Part shown: one piece after another, positions 29,545 to 32,000 of the stretch
Layout: each line of letters begins with the position of its first letter
Position numbering within the stretch: the stretch's first letter is position 1
Assembly (NCBI GenBank): GCA_022843095.1
Contig: JALHOH010000002.1
Coordinates: 420,001 to 452,000 of the forward strand
Length of the DNA stretch: 32,000 nucleotides
Origin: Candidatus Saccharimonadota bacterium
GTDB taxonomy: Bacteria; Patescibacteriota; Patescibacteriia; 2-12-FULL-60-25
Reading direction: 5' to 3'
Notes under the pieces: generated by a model
Told to the model about the DNA's origin: nothing
Databases searched by the model: none
What the model saw: the letters and a program-made list of their open reading frames with translations, nothing else
Position numbers and translations under genes: made by a program

Positions 29545-29571
29545 TTGGCACTCGCCTAAATTGAGTGCTAA
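29545..29571 (-). promoter_or_regulatory. CIRCE operator upstream of hrcA
   Basis: TTGGCACTC-GCCTAAATT-GAGTGCTAA (1 mismatch to the consensus). It ends 4 nt before the hrcA ATG. Confidence 0.85.
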
Positions 29572-29575
29572 TTCC

Positions 29576-29604
29576 AATATAGGATGGTGGATCCGCTTCG
29601 TCAA
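29576..29604 (-). promoter_or_regulatory. Sigma70-type promoter of the hrcA operon
   Basis: The minus strand reads TTGACG (rc of 29599-29604), a 17-nt spacer, then TATATT (rc of 29576-29581), immediately followed by CIRCE. The -35 overlaps the stop codon of the upstream methyltransferase. Confidence 0.55.
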
Positions 29605-30113
29605 GACAACGGTTTTCGATACAAAAACGCCGCGCCCCGTTCCGCATCCGGCACACGATTTGGCAACGGAAACGCCACCGTCACAAGCCGCGATCCCGGA
29701 CGCCCTTCCCGCTCCCATTGCAGCGCGATCCCGGGCATCATACCGGTCAGCTGAAACGAAAAAATGACGCTAGGGGCATCCAGAAACCCCGTCCGAAAAT
29801 CCTGACGCACAACCCGCGCCCGATCTCCAAATCGTCGAAGTCGATAACGCGAAATCCACACTAATATCGGGTTCAGCTCGTACCCGATCACACGCGCACC
29901 CCGCGCCGCAGCCGCGACCAGTACCTTTCCGTCCCCGGACCCTAAATCCACAACCACGTCTTCCGGGCCGATTTCTGCGAGCACAAGCGCATCCGCTAAA
30001 TCCCGCGTTCGCACCGGAAGATACGGTGCCCCAATTCCAACCCCCACAAAATACCGCGCAAATAGTCCCAGCGCGCCAAGAATCACCAACAATTGGAGCA
30101 AATCAATCCACAT
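29601..30113 (-). CDS. Membrane-anchored class I SAM-dependent methyltransferase, FAM173(ATPSCKMT/ANTKMT)-like, paralog 1
   Basis: N-terminal TM (LLQLLVILGALGLFARYFVGV). GAPYLPVR. Motif I VVVDLGSGDGKVL. GARVIGYELNPILVWISRYRLRRFGDRA. ATG at 30113, 2 nt after the upstream stop. Confidence 0.8.
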   Translation of the reverse strand: MWIDLLQLLVILGALGLFARYFVGVGIGAPYLPVRTRDLADALVLAEIGPEDVVVDLGSGDGKVLVAAAARGARVIGYELNPILVWISRYRLRRFGDRARVVRQDFRTGFLDAPSVIFSFQLTGMMPGIALQWEREGRPGSRLVTVAFPLPNRVPDAERGAAFLYRKPLS

Positions 30114-30115
30114 AC

Positions 30116-30631
30116 TTACGACGGTCGCGTATACACGCGTACCTGCCCTTTGGATCCGATCTCTCGCCAACGCGGGGCACGAAACACAAACGAAACGAAG
30201 GTCACATGCTTTTGTGTCGTGACATCCAACAGATCCACGATCTTCGGCATGATCGTCCCAAGCGCAAACGCCGTCACGATCGTCGCCTCTTGCAAATTTG
30301 CATCAAAAAAATTGCGTCGATAGACCACGGCGCGATCCCCGAACCGTCGCAACCGCCATCGCGCAATCCCCGCCAAAATGGGATTTACTTCATACCCAAC
30401 AACTCGCGCGCCCCGTTCTGCCGCGGCACACAGCACGCGTCCATCTCCGCATCCCATATCCACGACCACATCCGCCTCCCCTACGGGAACCAACGATAAA
30501 AAATCCCGGATGTCCTTCTGCCGAACCGGCAAAAACGGCGCGCCCTTCCCACCTCCCATGAACCAAAACGCAAGCACGCCTAAAACACTCCACAAAACCA
30601 CTAACACCAAGACACCAACCCAAGAGGCCAT
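30116..30631 (-). CDS. Membrane-anchored class I SAM-dependent methyltransferase, FAM173-like, paralog 2
   Basis: N-terminal TM (WVGVLVLVVLWSVLGVLAFWF). GAPFLPVR. Motif I VVVDMGCGDGRVL. GARVVGYEVNPILAGIARWRLRRFGDRA. Confidence 0.8.
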   Translation of the reverse strand: MASWVGVLVLVVLWSVLGVLAFWFMGGGKGAPFLPVRQKDIRDFLSLVPVGEADVVVDMGCGDGRVLCAAAERGARVVGYEVNPILAGIARWRLRRFGDRAVVYRRNFFDANLQEATIVTAFALGTIMPKIVDLLDVTTQKHVTFVSFVFRAPRWREIGSKGQVRVYTRPS

Positions 30632-30639
30632 GTACGTCG

Positions 30640-32000
30640 TTAGTTAAACACCTCTGACCACAGAGAAAAGTCTTTCTGGAACTCCGCCACCGTAGCTCGA
30701 TAGGCCGGCACCTCCATGAGCGTTCCCCACACATATTCACGAAACCAAGGATCTGCCTTAAAACGGAGGAAAAGTGGGATCAGATCCACAACACGCTTTT
30801 CTTGAAGTAACCCTTCCGCAAGCGGCAGAAGGGTGAAATCAAAAGAACCGAGCGCCTCTCTCGTTCCTGGATCTGGATCTACGCATGTTAGAAGAATATC
30901 AAGCGCGAGGGTAAAATCTCGCCCTTGAAGCGCTCTTGTAAACGCATTATTGATCCGATGATCCTCGTCTGCCTCAATAAATTCGCCACTTATTCGCGCA
31001 CGATCTCCTCCAAAAAAAAGGCGTATTGTCCGAAGCGCTTCGGCAACCTTTTGGGAGGAGAGGAGTTGCTGAATGGCGTACGCCCCTTCGGATTCGAGCT
31101 GTTCCGCACTCTGTCCAGAAAGTACGCCAAAATGAAACGCGCCCAATGGATCCTCCTCCTCGAGAAGCAAACGCTCCATCTCCGCTGAAGCGAGGGCGGT
31201 CAGCTCCTCGTCCCGTACAGAATAACGCTCGCGAAGCTTCGATGCGCTCGTTATCCATCCCTCGCGTAGCTCCCTTTTTATCGCCTCGATCACCGCAGCA
31301 TGAAACTCCGCCTCCGTGAAAGAAAAATACTCGCGGAATTCCTTGGCTCTCTCAAACTGAAGACTTCGAAGTAAGGTCACCGCCCCTTCGGAAGCAGCCT
31401 GTTTCAGCGCATCCTCAGGCACCTCATAGTCATCGCGTATTCGAATTGCGCCACGTAATGCCCCAACACGAATTGACTGTTGCGCGCCCGTTTTTGCCTC
31501 CTGCCTCAACGCCCGGTAAGGAATGCTATAGACTTCGCTCATTGCTTCCGCATCCGACACTCGTCCTGCACGCATTGCCGCGCACGCCCCTTCTTCTGCT
31601 AATGCTGCGAATTCTGCCTCAGGGATCCGAAATCGCGCTTGAAGGACTTGAGCGTTCTCCCAATCCCCTTTTTTCATCGCTGACCGAACAGCCTCCTGAC
31701 CCGCCATCATATACACCTCCTCTGAAACACTGAATTCCTGTCGGATTCGATCCGCAAATTGGATAGCTCCATCCTTTAACGCCGCACGCACCCCTTCTTC
31801 CGCAAACGGCGCTAGGAATACATTTGAAAAACCAAATGCATCTCGTAGTGGGAATACGCCATAGATACGCCCCTCCTGCAGCATTTTCTTTGCACAACGA
31901 AGTGCCTCCGGGACAAGTGCCTCTTTTGGAATCCCATACGCTTGGCCAAGCTCTTGAGCAGCAGGAGCACCCCAGATGACATACAACCTCGCGTACACAT
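30640..32000 (-). CDS. Partial CDS (5' end outside the window): 34-residue tandem-repeat protein with a non-repetitive C-terminal domain
   Basis: The ORF is open to the window edge, so the leading M in the ORF track is an edge artefact (GTG). There are at least 8 in-phase 34-aa repeats followed by ~160 aa of unique sequence. The stop lies 8 nt before the next ATG. Confidence 0.8.
   Translation of the reverse strand, partial: VYARLYVIWGAPAAQELGQAYGIPKEALVPEALRCAKKMLQEGRIYGVFPLRDAFGFSNVFLAPFAEEGVRAALKDGAIQFADRIRQEFSVSEEVYMMAGQEAVRSAMKKGDWENAQVLQARFRIPEAEFAALAEEGACAAMRAGRVSDAEAMSEVYSIPYRALRQEAKTGAQQSIRVGALRGAIRIRDDYEVPEDALKQAASEGAVTLLRSLQFERAKEFREYFSFTEAEFHAAVIEAIKRELREGWITSASKLRERYSVRDEELTALASAEMERLLLEEEDPLGAFHFGVLSGQSAEQLESEGAYAIQQLLSSQKVAEALRTIRLFFGGDRARISGEFIEADEDHRINNAFTRALQGRDFTLALDILLTCVDPDPGTREALGSFDFTLLPLAEGLLQEKRVVDLIPLFLRFKADPWFREYVWGTLMEVPAYRATVAEFQKDFSLWSEVFN
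31129..32000 (-). repeat. Array of diverged 102-nt (34-codon) coding repeats
   Basis: Protein residues 19-290 align as eight ungapped 34-aa units with conserved columns (aromatic-3, P/S/T-6, A-14, EG-16/17, G-25, A-30, R-34). Residues 1-18 fit the tail of a further unit. Confidence 0.8.

Overview
High-GC, gene-dense bacterial chromosomal segment, transcribed almost entirely on the minus strand; only three small plus-strand CDSs are present. The left edge holds the 5' ~1077 nt of a 16S rRNA gene (minus strand), with rsmA/ksgA directly upstream. Next come housekeeping and envelope genes: a GT-A-like protein, a SemiSWEET-like protein, a DUF2207-like protein, an ABC exporter, prfB and small membrane proteins. 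After these come groES-groEL with a CIRCE operator, a PAS-GGDEF cyclase, and a PRC-barrel / nucleotidyltransferase-like / O-antigen-ligase-like trio. Then come dnaX, a large membrane-anchored VirD4/TraG/HerA-type ATPase flanked by orphan genes, cysS, and a CIRCE-controlled hrcA-grpE-hsp20-dnaK-DUF3467-dnaJ string. At the right edge, a partial ORF built of perfectly phased 34-residue tandem repeats is followed by two tandem paralogous membrane-anchored SAM methyltransferases. From memory, these resemble the eukaryotic FAM173 (ATPSCKMT/ANTKMT) lysine methyltransferases. TGA is used as a stop codon and RF2 is present, so the standard code 11 applies. Divergent 16S primer sites, a compact HrcA, many SD-less genes and several orphan families suggest a reduced-genome lineage such as Patescibacteria/CPR; this is inference only. 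I saw no transposase, integrase, CRISPR array or tRNA. The best candidates for something new are the repeat-protein plus twin-methyltransferase cluster and the orphan coupling-protein-like ATPase module. All homology statements come from motif recognition by eye and need HMM or structure searches.
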